This document shows positions 1 to 12,798 of a DNA stretch of 64,000 bases, piece by piece (the stretch's first letter is position 1; the number at the start of each line of letters is the position of its first letter). The DNA comes from Callorhinchus milii (Eukaryota), in assembly GCF_018977255.1 (NCBI RefSeq), contig NW_024704749.1, positions 13,516,001-13,580,000 of the forward strand. The letters run 5' to 3'. The position numbers and the translations under genes are program-made. The notes under the pieces are model-generated. The model saw nothing but the letters and a program-made list of their open reading frames with translations, was not told the origin of the DNA and ran no database searches.

Positions 1-3000
1 CTTCACAGGATATACTGTTAAGTGAATTGACTGTACATTTTGTGGGTGAAATTCTACTGATATTTTGCCATTAATTGAGACCTGTGCTCTTCACAACCAA
101 CCTGCAACCCTGCTTTATTAGGAATGGAGGTTTTTATTTTTTAATAAGAGAATTTTATGAGGTATCATCTAGCGTTAAGTGCTTATTTAACTATTAAATA
201 TTTCCTTGGGTTCGCTTGAGGCCAGTGATCATAGCTTTTTGCATTTCCCTTTAATTACTACAACACTAATTGACTTGTTTTTTTCCCACCTCCCCCTCCT
301 TTCCGCTGTATCATAGCTTACGGTTAAAAGCTTTTATTTTGTAGCTTTCAAAACAGGATGGGAAGATGTACAGAATCGTGCATTTAATCAGTGGACGTTT
401 GTTTTTAAACCGTACTGAAGTGACACACTATGAGCAAATCCACGTCAATGTCCACCCAAATTAATCACTTTAAAATTCCTCCTCGACTTTTGGTTATTTT
501 TTGCTGCTTTCCTTCTAACCTTTTGAGGGGGGCGGTGGGGGGTGGGGGACAGGGGGTTTGCAACCGGTGATCGTGACTGTTACACCTCAACTGTGGGTTC
601 CCACAGGGATGCTCCTAATGTTTTGTTAAGCTGCCTTTGTCCAAAAGTGTTGAAAATATGCATTCAATAAAGTTTTTTTTGAACAGGACCAGTTTACGAC
701 ATATATGTATTTGGCGGAGGACAAAACGAGTCATTTTTCGCAAAAATCTCTTCTTGCATGAAACTCCAAAGGGTGGGGGCAGAGAGGCTGAAAAGATCTG
801 ATCTCCGATTACGTCCACTGACGATGAAGTGAACGGAAGTTGTCGGCTGGGGTGGCAACAACAACAAATTGCATCTGTAACTTGGGAGAGGAGGAGGAGG
901 GGATAAGATTGGCCTCTGTGTGAAACGAGGAGGATTGGGTGGGAAATGAGAAACCTGATGAGTTGCCTTCAGCCTCTGCCAACTTGGGTCTTGCTGTTGG
1001 GTGGAGCTGGTTCCAATTTTCTAGCGCTTGAAAAGGTTGCCCTCTAGTGGGGAGATGCTGAGGTGCCGCTTGTAGCAATCGGAATGACCCCACGTGCTGA
1101 TAAGGTGGACATTTGAGTGTTTGTTCATGTTGTCACCGGCTTGAAGTCCTCTCTGCTGAGAGGCTGGATATCTGGGCAAACAAGTGCACGGCTCCTTATA
1201 GCAGCAGTTATTTCATGAGGCTTGTCCACGCCAAGTGGAATGGGTCGATAAGATAACAGTGGCTTTGTCAATGTGGTTTTATCACTCCACAATACACGGT
1301 GTAACTAAAGAAACAATAGCGTTTGCTATCCTTGTGCTATGTTGGTTCCATCAACAGATTCTGTTTTTCTCCTGCGACTATTTAACACTGTCTGAGTGTG
1401 TTTGTTGCTCATCGTTCGATTGTTTTGCGTAGAGATCAGTTTAACTAAAATGGATTTTGATTCATGTTCAGGGAACGCAGCTTAACCCAATCAAAGCAAC
1501 GCTTAACCTGTTTAGCGGCGGTGCCCGAATGTTAAAGACCTTGCACTGCTATTGGAAAAGAAATAGGAATTTCTCCTGGTGGTTAACCCCCCGCCGATAA
1601 ATATATCATAGTCACTTTGTGGCTATTGGTAGTGGGACAGCAATTTTTAACCTCTTGTCCAGAGGACGGCACCTCTAATAATCCAGCTCTGCTCCAGTAC
1701 TGCGTTACAGTGTCAACCTGGACTGTGAACGTTTTACCCAACGTAGGGCTCAAACCAGTGAGTTTCTGTCCCGGTGGCAAGAGCACAGACACAGACTAAT
1801 TAAGCTGAATGACACATCTGCGCTGGTCGGTCAGTTGGGCGCCTCCAGCCTCGCAGGGGACACGTGGACTGAGCTGTGCGATAAGCAATGAAACCTGTGG
1901 CTACTTTAGACTTCATGTCACTGAGAAACAAATTGTTACAAAGACAAGGAACCGTCACGCTGACTGGCAAAGTGTGGAAGTGTCAGGCTGACATCTTCCT
2001 TGTTACTTGTAACCTTCCTGCTGTCTTGCACCCTGGCTCTTGGCCCTCGAGTCTGTAAGAGCAGCAGGACACCGGTCTCTTGTTAGGGTTAGAGTCTACA
2101 TTTGTTTCTCAGGCAAAAAACTAGTGTTACATTTCAAGGATTTGTTTTACCTTTAAACACTTCCGTTTATATATATTATATATATATGGTATGTAGATGT
2201 ACACAAATAAGCGATCATACACACATTTATAATCATTTTAAAACTTTAATATAAAATGTTTTATTTTCCCAGACCGCCAGCGAAAGAAAGGGGGATTATT
2301 GGTCCTCCGACAATGCAATTACACCCACACTTGGAGGTGCAATGTTCTTTTCATAAAGCAGCATTAAAGGAGCAGATTCTTCCTCTGCGTGTAAATGTTT
2401 CTGGCAAAATCCATTTACGTATGTGGTGGAAATTGGAATGAAACACATTTTTCGGGTCATTTGCATGTGATTTCGAGCCAAATGAGCCCCATATCTGCTC
2501 TCTCTCGCGCTCTCTCAAACCGGGAAAGGTTTCCCAAAGAGATTGCAAGTTGCAGTTTATTCCATTCGGCATGGCGAGGGTTAAAGTCAGTACCGTTTAA
2601 TACCCTTTTATTACTTTAAAAAGCTCATTCGCAAGTCAAAATTCGAAATGAACATTAAATAGACAAAGCTGTTTTGCTTAACAGCTTCGTGGGAAGATGC
2701 AAATGTACACAAAGTGCCTTTTGGGGCCTGTCTGGGGCTATAGACACGGGATTGGCTCGATGTCTGTCTGGTATGTAGTAATGTGTAGGACAGTCATGTG
2801 TGATGTATATCTGGAATAAATGCAGTCATGGCTTTAGCTGTGGGAATTCGCTGCCAGGAGGAAGTCGCAGAGACTGAAAGATACCGAGATGATAAGGTGT
2901 TGCTGAGGTCAGTTTGGACAGATTCCACTATTATCGAGGAGGTAAAGGGGAAGGGGAGAGGAGGGAGCCGGGAGCTGATCTCCGCTCAGTAACAATTGGA

Positions 3001-3878
3001 GGATTGTAAGCTGCTTCTCTGACCTACAGTTCCACTCCATGCAATGCCTGGAATTCACCAGCAAAGCAATACTGTTCACCCAGTGAAAGATTAAACTAAG
3101 AGAGAAAATAGCAAGAATGCTTGGCACAATTACACAATAACAATCATTGCAATTTGGTTCAGCATCAAGACATCGCCGAGAGGATGGTACATGATATAAT
3201 CAATTCTTTTCTTGATTTCTTACGTGCACTGTATGTGTGTTTATGTACAGTTCATTCTACGGCTGACACTGGCATTTGAGTCATTCGTTAGATGCTGGTC
3301 TTGAGGAATGGAAGGAATTTTAACTCTTTTGTTGGTTGTCCTTCCCATTGTAACATTTGGCCTGAGATGAAGCTTCACTGTGTCAGCCTAGACTGTGAGC
3401 TCAAAGTCCCCGACATGAGTAGCTCTGAGTTGGCCTAATACACGCCTTCCACAATACCCATATAGGACTTTTAAACTTGGCAAAGTATTAAACAAGCGTA
3501 TGTTATTTGTTTTTCTAAATCAATAAGTAGTTTTTTCTTTTTGGTTTGACAAAGAACGTTCCAGTTCTGATGGATAAATGAAGCCACTCGGTTTCTGTGA
3601 ATTGCAGCCATTGACTGCTTTGAGCCAAAGAGCATGTTAACATCCACACACACACACAAGGAAAGGCACATGGGTGAAGAGCTTGTCAGACAGCTTATTA
3701 TAACCGTGCTTCTTTTGTGCGTCGTTAACAAATCTTTTTTTTAACATTGAGTGCATCATTTCCCTTCTGTCTCGAAGGCTTAGAGGAGATAATGATTCCT
3801 GTCCAGTTGTTGACCACCAACTTGTGCTTTGGAGTCTCCTGACGTTTTTTTAAACAATATATAATCTTCTTTCGCGAG

Positions 3879-6800
3879 TCAGCACCTGTTGATCAGTGGG
3901 TAAGCCAAGAAGTAGCCGATTCCAGCCCCCACCACAATGCTCAGGAAAACCCACACGTTGTAGGACATGGCGCAGAGCATCAGCAAGTAACTGATCGCAA
4001 CTTGGACGATATGTAGAAGTGACTGGGAAGAGTGCAGCCGTATCCACCTGCAATTGCCAATAAAAATAATATTAATAATAATCCTTGCATTTGACGTAGC
4101 GCCTTGTCATGTTGTTGAGACATCTCAAAGTGCTTCACAGAATACGCTGTAAAAGCGAATTGACTGTGTATTTTGTGGTTGAAATGTGGCAGCCAATTGC
4201 GTACAGCAGCGTCCCACATGTAGTCATGGATTGAGTGGCAATTTTTTTTAAAAAAGGGTTTATAAAGGGAAGGTGAATTGCCATTTGACTCAACAACCGG
4301 GTTCCTACTTCCTGCTGGATAAATGGAGGTTTTGGGGAGTAAGAAAACTTGCCTAAGATTTTGACCTGCCTGGGAATCGAACCTGGATTCTCTCGCTTGT
4401 GAGACGAGTGCTCTAACCAATACGATACAGGACTCCGCGCACCTGTTTCAGCATAAAGGTTGAGTCCTGCAACTTTCCGCTTGAGAACGCTTCACAAACA
4501 AACCTTGAGCGATTAAATTAGCAGCTCGTTCCACCTCTTGACACTTTAATTGCTTTGACCTGCCTCCTTGGGCCACAGAGTTTCCATTCTGCAGGTCGCA
4601 CCTGGGTAGAATCTGAGGCTATCTCCAGCTCCCAGACATGTGCTAGATGACTGAGCTAGCCCCAAAATTCCACCGAGCCTCAGCCTGCGGGTGGTGTAAA
4701 ACTATGCAACACTGGACTCAACTTAATGCTATGAAGGGGGTTGTGTTATGTGTGTTTGTGTGTGTGTATGGGGGGGGAGGGTGAGAGTGGTTCTGGAAAA
4801 GATGAGATGGGCCGAAGGGGGTTTCTTCATCTGAACCAATCTTGATTTCTGAGACTCTGACTCATTGATACAACACTGTTGCCCCATGTTTAACCCCATG
4901 TTTAATTGAAAACCAATGAAGCTCCAGCAGTTATTGCAGGTAAATCTGTATGCAATGTGCCAAGCTGCGTTCCGCACACACTTTATCGGGGTCCAACAAG
5001 TGGGGATTGGTTCAGATAAAGAAAGCGCCTTCGGTTTGTTTTAAAACGATTTTGTTTTCATTTTGAAATCACTACCTCCCACAGAAATATCAAAGATAAA
5101 ACCACTTCCTCATTCCTCTGCACATGTTGTTGTTGTTGAGTTCTAACAAGGAAATTCGCTTGCTTCTAAGTTTTGAGTTTTCCACAGCAAGGCGGGACCT
5201 TAACTTTTAAGGCAAATAACTGCCTTGCAGGCTAAGACTATGTGGAATTTCAGGTATCTAGTAACTCCTAACTGTGGTATCTGAACATACAACTTTATTA
5301 TCAATCATCCTCCATCTTCTAAATCTTCTTCCCCTCAGCCCTGATCCACCATTCTACCAGATCATGGTAGATCTGCACCTCAACTCCATTTACCCGCTTT
5401 TACTCCATATCTCTTGATGCCCTGACGTAAAAAAAACCTATCCACCTCAGGCTTGAAAATTTGAATAGATCCAGCATCCACAGCCTTTTGGGGAAGAGAG
5501 TTCCAGATTTCCGCTATCCTTTGTGTGGAAAAATTGCTTCCTGATTTCAATCCAATGTGACCTGGCTCTAATTTTAAGATTATGGCCCCTTGCTTTTAAT
5601 TTAATTTTGAATTTAATTTTAATGTTTGTCCCACCACATGACTGACTGAATCTGCAACGGCATTCCACTCTGTTAGAAGGGGCAAAGGGGTCGATGAGTT
5701 CAGTAACACAAGGTCACGCATTTGAGAGGAAATCAATGAAGGAATAAAAGGGAAGATTCTTTCACCGGTTGAGACGAGGTCTGTCTGCAATTTATTTTAA
5801 AATCGGGAAATTGATTTTTTTTTTAAAAAAGGGATATGTTTGGTTAATAGGGAGTGCGCGGATCACAAGATGGGCCTTGGATGAAGAAGGCCCTTCAGTC
5901 CATTTGATCTGATCTCTCAGAGTTCCTGCCCTACCAACAGTTCTCCCATCACACCGTCCTGGCCTCAACCACCCTTCCTGGCTGTGGGGGCAGAGAACAG
6001 ATCCCCCACCCTTTGGAACTCCATCCCACAGTCCCTTTGTCTCCCTCCCTCCCTTCAAGGCATTACCTCAAGACCCTCCTCTTCAACCACACCTTCACTC
6101 ATCCTCATACCCCCTACCCTCCTTGCCCTGCACCCCTCCTGATCCCAACCCCCTGCTTTGGATCCTAAACCCTGACTGTCCAGCGCATTGGGACATCCTC
6201 CCGATGTGAAAGACACCATACAAATTTAATTTGTTGTTCTTGTTCCAGTCATCGATCCCCCTCCGGGTAAAGAAATACTTCCTGTTGTCTGTCCTGAAAT
6301 TGTTCTTTGCAAACCCAGGACCTCTCTTCTGCTGTCTCGCTATATCCGAAATTGGGAACGAGATTGTATTAGGTGGCAAATGCGGATAAAGCATCAACAT
6401 AGACTCGATGAGCCAAAAGGCTTGTTACAGTGCCTACAGCATGTAATTCTCCAAACTCTGACGTGTCTTCAGTTAATTAGGAGTGTTCCTCAGTCATTGC
6501 TCACTGCACATGTTGTGTTTACAGGGTTGGTGTGGGCTGTGCTTCCACTTGAACAGGACAGTAAGTTGAATAACATGCAATTATAGATTTTTTTTTCATT
6601 TTAAAATCATTGCCTCCCACAGAAATTGTCAAAGAGAAAATAATTTCCTGTTGATTTGGGTCTAAAGTTAGTATAATCAATGGTTTTCAAAATGCCTCCA
6701 TGGGATGGCACTGCTAAGCGTGGTGACCGTGTATTTTGTAGGCAAACATGGCAGCTGATTTGCGCACAGCAAGGGCTCGCTGACAGCCTTTGTGAAGTCA

Positions 6801-9800
6801 AATTTGATAATGACATCAAGTTTGCACTGGTGTTTTTCACCACCTATTCGAACCACCTTCCTGGCTGCTCCCAGTTTATCACTCTTGATGAGCTCTGTTG
6901 ATGGCAGTTTCATTTTGACTAAAATCTTACTCAGTCTCAACCAATCCCCTTTTCGCTCTCAACTTCTCCAAATACACACACACAGGTCTTCACTGTGGAC
7001 ACGGCTACTGCAGTCTGTTTGCTTATATTGAAATCCTGCCTTCTTCACGGCATTCGTTCAATTGTTGCAAATCTCCGTGACTGCTATTAATCCTCCTCAA
7101 ATTACTTGCTCAGCTACAAAGCCTGGTGTCATTTTCAAACTGCATAATCTTATAACATGCTCTTTTCCTCCCCAAAACACAACACAAACACCCCACTACC
7201 CCACATACACACCACACACACAAAATCCAAAGTCATTTGCAAAGTCATGAGACCTAAATGAGAAACAGCTGAGACTGAGTCACAGCCATTAAATAGGGAA
7301 GAAGCAGGAGTTAGTGCACATTAGCTTGAAACTTTTGGTTGTTTAGTTCACTCCCAAAACTCTGAGTAGAAATACAAGTGACAAATAACAATAATCCTCA
7401 ATTGATTATAGAGCATTTCAGGTTGAGAGGACGTCTCAAAACATTTCACAAGGTGATTGTACATGGCACCCAATTTGCACACAACAACAAGAAGATTACA
7501 TTTGTATAGTGCCTTTCACGTCGGGAGGACGTCCCAAAGCGCACAGCAATATCCCACAAACTGCCATGAGGCAACTGATTGCGTTTATCTTGGAGGAAGG
7601 CTTGTTAACTAGAGGCAAACCCTCTTTCCTTTTTGAATAGCACCACGGGATATTTAATGTCCATGTTAACAGGCGGAGGGTAGCCTTAGTGTAATGTCTC
7701 ATCCGAAAAGATGGCACCTCTGACAATGCACTGTGGAACAGCAGAAGTGTCAACCTGGACTGTGAGCTCAGAGTCCTGCCCTGGGATTTGAAATAGGTAC
7801 CTGTGAGTTATGTGATGGAGAAATCTGCCCAGACGGAGGAAAGAATGAAAAGGTTTGTTCGCTCACCTTTGTCTCGAGCTGCTGTTCCTCGCTGAATTGT
7901 TAGGCGCTGTTTCTGTCACTTCCTCTGCTGTGAGGGGTGTGGGTGTTATGAGGTCCAGGGCTTTCTTGTCCAGTTTCACTGTCAGAACTTTTAAGATTTC
8001 GTAAACCGTGGCAATGAGCAGAATGACCATCATAGTCAGAAGCATTCCTTCAAACAGAGAGCGCGAGAGAGAGAGAGAAAATACTTTACACACAGAGAAC
8101 ACCTGGCCAACAATCCTATGGGGAAAAAAAAATTAGTCACTCACTTTGTGGCCTTTTTTGGGACAGTGCAAGTTGGAAATTGGCCGCTGCGTTCTACAAA
8201 TACACTGTAACCACATTACATAGAAGCCTTGTGACATTCTTGCTGTCACTGATTAAATATAAAAGGAAGGATTATTATTTATTAAAATTTGTGAGCAGCC
8301 AGTCGGGAAAACTTTAAAATGTGGTTGGGAAATAAGAGGGAAGAAGAGATGGAGAGGGAGAGAGAAAAAAAGCACTTAGAGAGGAGACAAAGTGATGGTG
8401 GAAAAAATCGAGAGAAAGAGAGAGTGATTGAACTGGGCTGGGAACCGTGAGCTGCTTCAGGCAAATGTATAATCACTCAGTAACTACTGGAGATGCATAC
8501 CTGAGAGCAAGTCACCTGGAACCTCCCTCAGCCAGGGAATGAAGTGTAACTAAGGGCAAACTATAGCAGGGATCAGTGCATTGGATTAAAACATTTAAGT
8601 GTACGGCGGTGAGGGAACAGGACTGCTCCATAAAGATGAACAGCGTGTTCACAGAGGAGTTAAAATGTAACCAGCAATAGCTTTGAGAACATCTCTGTGC
8701 TGCCAAGACTGCTCCGGTCGTCCGAGTCGAGAAGGAGCCTAAACTCACTCAAGAGGCAGGTGAAGGGAATAAACTCCGTACCTGTTAAAGAGTGGACATT
8801 CCAGCAGCTAAACAGCAGGAGCACTCGATCCGACACGTAGAAATGCATCTGCAACACACAAGAGACAATAGACACCTGCACTTTAGGGGCTGTTCGCGTC
8901 TTAAGCTTTCCCCCCCCCCCCAAGTCCAAAGCTTGCCGGCCAGGTGGTGCTATCAGCAGCGAGGTTAGACTCCGGCAGTTACCCCCAACGCACACTCTCG
9001 GGTTCCCAAGCCTTGGCTCTTGCCAACCTGTGCCAAATCCTTTACTAGGATTAGGAAAGCAGGAAGCATCCCTCCAGTGTGTCCAGTGTGAGATGATACA
9101 AATGCACAACAGTCACATTGTATAGCAATTATCTGTGAAACACATTGAGACAATTTGACGTTATGGGCGATACTGTATAGCAAACGCGAGAGTTATTATT
9201 ATGAATCACAGGCAACAGTTGAGGTATTGTTAGCTGCTCGTTGCGGAGGGGGTGAGTAATCCTGGTCAGCTCTCAGCTGCTTGTGCAAGTCGCTCACTCC
9301 CTCCTGTTCTGGTGCCAAAATGCCAGCAGAAAAGTTGAATGAGTTCCAAAAGGACCGTTGGCCCGACATGAGCTGCCGAGGGGATTGCAGGGCACAGCAC
9401 GACGCTCAGAACTCCACTATGGTGTGGGGAAGATTACTATCATGTCGGGCTTGTGCTCACAGCAAACACAGGATCTGAGCTGAAACCTGCAGCCTTGCAT
9501 CAGAGAAACAGAATGTTTTTTNCCCCGTGGCAAGGCAAAACACGCACGCTGTGTATATATTTCTGTAGACAGTACCAAAGAAGGCATCGCTATTTGTATA
9601 ATAATCCTCGCATTCGATACAGCGTCTTATCATGTCATCGAGACGTCTCAAAGCGCTTCACAGGATACACTGCAAAGTGAATTGATGGGATATTTTGTGG
9701 GTGGAAACCAGGTGGCAGCCAATTGCGCACAGCAGCGTCCCCACACACAGTCGTGGATTGGGTGACCAAATTATTATTATTTGTTTAAGGGATTATTACC

Positions 9801-10573
9801 TCCAGTAACAACTCAGTCCCTAATTACTACCGGGTAAGCAGAGGGGTGTGTGTGTGTGGAGTAAGGAAACTTGCCTCACCTTTTGCCGTGCCCGGGGATC
9901 GAACCCAGATCCTCTCGCTTGCGAGACGAGTGTTTTCACCAAATATGCTACAGAACTCCACAGTTTTGCTAATGCAAAGATAAGAGACAAAGTTCGCACC
10001 AGTGGGAAATAAGCCCCTTCCTTCCTGATCTTTAAATCATAAAATATCCTGTAGGAATGGAAGTCCTGAGAACTGTTCCCACATCACCTTCTGCCCTCTC
10101 ACTCCCATCTGGAGAGTCTCTGACTGACACATCTCAGCCACACTCAGAGAGGTGTCAACATATCACATATCACTCACTCCCCTCACCCCTCACTCCCCCC
10201 CTCACCCCTCACCCCCCTCACCACCCCTCACCCCCCCTCACCACCCCCCCTCACCCCCCCTCACCCCTCACTCCCCCCCTCACCCCTCACCCCCCCTCAC
10301 CCCTCACCACCCCCCCCTCACCCCTCACCACCCCCTCCCCACCCCTCACCCCTCTCACCCACCCCTACCCCCCTCACCCCTCACTACCCCCTCACCCCCC
10401 ACACATGCCATGTAGTCTTAGAGAAAGTCTAAAATAAAAGGGGGGGAAAAAAATACATTCAGCTGCAATCCTTTGCATTCGATTTGCCCAATTTGCAGGA
10501 GCCACGAAACTTTATTTGCGACCGACTTGTTCCCCCACAATGTATGTGATTGCGATGTACTCACAGACACCAT
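3879..10573 (-). CDS. SLC31A2: Copper transporter CTR2-like, 4 coding exons, about 141 aa
   Basis: Exons (minus): 10565-10573 (ATG GTG TCT|gtgagt; least certain), 8782-8848 (MHFYVSDRVLLLFSCWNVHSLT), 7867-8047 (MLLTMMVILLIATVYEILKV...), 3879-4047 (WIRLHSSQSLLHIVQVAISYLLMLCAMSYNVWVFLSIVVGAGIGYFLAYPLINRC*). All GT-AG with matching phases. CTR-family MxxxM (MLCAM) and GxxxG (GAGIG) present; the short N-terminus and absence of HCH favour CTR2 over CTR1. Confidence 0.92.
4068..4436 (-). mobile_element. tRNA-derived SINE, older and longer subfamily
   Basis: Same head and tail plus an extra internal segment (cctccatttatccagcaggaagtagga on the minus strand). Confidence 0.8.
5340..5598 (-). mobile_element. 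CR1 LINE fragment (end of ORF2)
   Basis: Minus strand encodes RGHNLKIR..IRKQFF, a typical CR1 ORF2 C-terminus. Related pieces at 17760-17960 and 48160-48265. Confidence 0.7.
7480..7795 (-). mobile_element. Old DeuSINE (AmnSINE1/SacSINE1-like)
   Basis: Reverse complement gtgcattgtcagaggtgccatcttttcggatgagacatt...; homologous to 41172-41543. Confidence 0.72.
9598..9959 (-). mobile_element. tRNA-derived SINE, longer subfamily
   Basis: Homologous to 4068-4436 and 33065-33428. Confidence 0.8.
10170..10400. repeat. C-rich low-complexity repeat (CCCCTCA-like)
   Basis: Direct reading; lies in SLC31A2 intron 1. Confidence 0.9.
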
Positions 10574-10684
10574 TCCGGCTGTTGACAAAGCGAGAGGAGC
10601 AGTGATCTCCCACAGCAGCAGCACTGGGGGTCCAACCAGATATGTCGCTGGGGATTCACCGCAAGATTCCCAGAACAAGTCACA

Positions 10685-11768
10685 GCTCTCTCACTCTCTC
10701 ACACTCACTCTCACACTCACTCTCTCTCACACTCACTCTCTCTCTCTCACACTCACACTCACTCTCTCTCACACTCACTCTCTCTCTCACACTCACTCTC
10801 TCTCTCACACACTCACTCACACTCACTCTCTCTCTCACACTCACTCACTCTCTCACACTCACACTCACTCTCTCACACACTCACTCACACTCACTCTCTC
10901 ACACTCACTCTCTCACACTCACTCTCTCACACTCACTCTCACACTCACTCTCTCTCTCACACACTCACTCTCTCACACTNNNNNNNNNNNNNNNNNNNNN
11001 NNNNNNNNNNNNNNNNNNNNNNNNNNNNNNNNNNNNNNNNNNNNNNNNNNNNNNNNNNNNNNNNNNNNNNNNNNNNNNNNNNNNNNNNNNNNNNNNNNNN
11101 NNNNNNNNNNNNNNNNNNNNNNNNNCACTCTCTCACACTCACACTCACTCTCTCACACTCACACTCACTCTCTCTCTCACTCTCTCTCTCACTCTCTCTC
11201 ACACTCACTCTCTCTCACACTCACTCTCTCTCACACTCTCTCTCACTCTCTCACACACTCACTCTCTCTCTCACTCACTCTCACACTCTCTCTCACACTC
11301 ACTCACTCTCTCACACTCACNNNNNNNNNNNNNNNNNNNNNNNNNNNNNNNNNNNNNNNNNNNNNNNNNNNNNNNNNNNNNNNNNNNNNNNNNNNNNNNN
11401 NNNNNNNNNNNNNNNNNNNNNNNNNNNNNNNNNNNNNNNNNNNNNNNNNNNNNNNNNNNNNNNNNNNNNNNNNNNNNNNNNNNNNNNNNNNNNNNNNNNN
11501 NNNNNNNNNNNNNNNNNNNNNNNNNNNNNNTCACTCTCACTCTCACACTCACTCTCTCTCTCTCACACACTCACTCTCTCACACTCACTCTCTCTCACAC
11601 TCTCTCTCACTCTCTCACACACACACTCACTCTCTCACTCTCTCTCTCACACTCTCTCACACTCACTCTCACTCACACTCACTCTCTCTCTCACACTCAC
11701 TCTCTCACTCACTCTCACTCTCTCTCACACTCACTCACTCTCACTCACTCACTCTCTCACTCTCACAC
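10685..11768. repeat. (CT/CA) compound microsatellite with two assembly gaps
   Basis: ctcacactcactct units; accounts for the spurious 450 and 438 aa ORFs. Confidence 0.95.
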
Positions 11769-12279
11769 AGTGGGTCGCTGTGCCTCTGGTTACCGCAGTC
11801 AGGAACCCTCCGATCTGTCACATGAAGCCGCCACAGATGGTGATGGCGATGGTGGTGGTGGTGAGAGGTTGGAAGCTCCATCTCGACTTCATTCTGGGAA
11901 TTGTAGGCCATCCATTGGGAGATCCATGAGCCCTCCCCCCCCCCCCCCCCCACACTGACCTCACACACCCAGAGCCAATGGCCTCATGGCGGGGCAGAGA
12001 CCGGGGGCTCCTCCGGGGTACAATGTCCCAGTGGAATTACTCATAATAATAATTTGGTTTGAAGAGGTTTTGGAGGTGGAAAGGAATTGTGGATTTGATG
12101 GATTTGAACTACAGGATCCAGAATGCCCGGCGGCAGAGGAACAGCTGTCCGGGTTTAAATACTCAGGATGTGGTTTGGAGGGAGTGAGTACATTGCAATG
12201 TGAAAGGAAAACCATCTGAGTTCTCTTCCTCCTTCAGCCCAGAAACATGTCCGAGCAGTGAGCTGAGCTGTGAGCAGTG

Positions 12280-12540
12280 GCTGTGGCTATGGCTGTGATC
12301 TGAGCTGTGGCTGTGATCTGAGCTGTGGCTGTGATCTGAGCTGTGGCTGTGATCTGAGCTGTGGCTGTGATCTGAGCTGTGGCTGTGATCTGTGGCTGTG
12401 ATCTGTGGCTGGGGCTGGGGCAGGGGCTGGGGCAGGGGCTGGGGCTGGGGCAGGGGCTGGGGCAGGGGCTGGGGCAGGGGCTGGGGCTGGGGCAGGGGCA
12501 GGGGCAGGGGCTGTGACCAGGCAGACCAGGCAGACCAGGC
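12280..12540. repeat. 18-bp minisatellite followed by a GGGGCW hexamer array
   Basis: About 5 copies of ggctgtgatctgagctgt, then about 17 ggggct/ggggca units, then gaccaggca x3. Confidence 0.92.
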
Positions 12541-12798
12541 AAGGGGGGCTGTAGAGCAGAAGAGGAGAACAGGGACACACAGAGAGCCTTTGTGGCAGAA
12601 AAGTTATTGATTTCTCAATGAGAGACTTACTTGGGAATTCCTGATGGCCAGAACTCTGTGACACAGAAAAGGGTTTCCTCCCTCCCTCCCTCTCCCTCCC
12701 TTCCTCCTCCCTCCCTCCTCTCTCCCCCTCCTTTCCTTATTTCTTCCCTTATCTCTTCCTCCCACCCCATCATCCCCTCCCTCAAAACTATAGCAGAA

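Noticed and set aside
345-419. Possible plus-strand terminal exon (..FKTGWEDVQNRAFNQWTFVFKPY*) of a gene outside the window
   Set aside because: It has an acceptor-like site but no recognisable homology or partner exon.
10473-11958. 450 and 438 aa ORFs
   Set aside because: Translations of the CT/CA microsatellite and N gaps.
12234-12664. PAPAPA / QITATA repeat proteins
   Set aside because: Products of tandem repeats with no splice or homology support.
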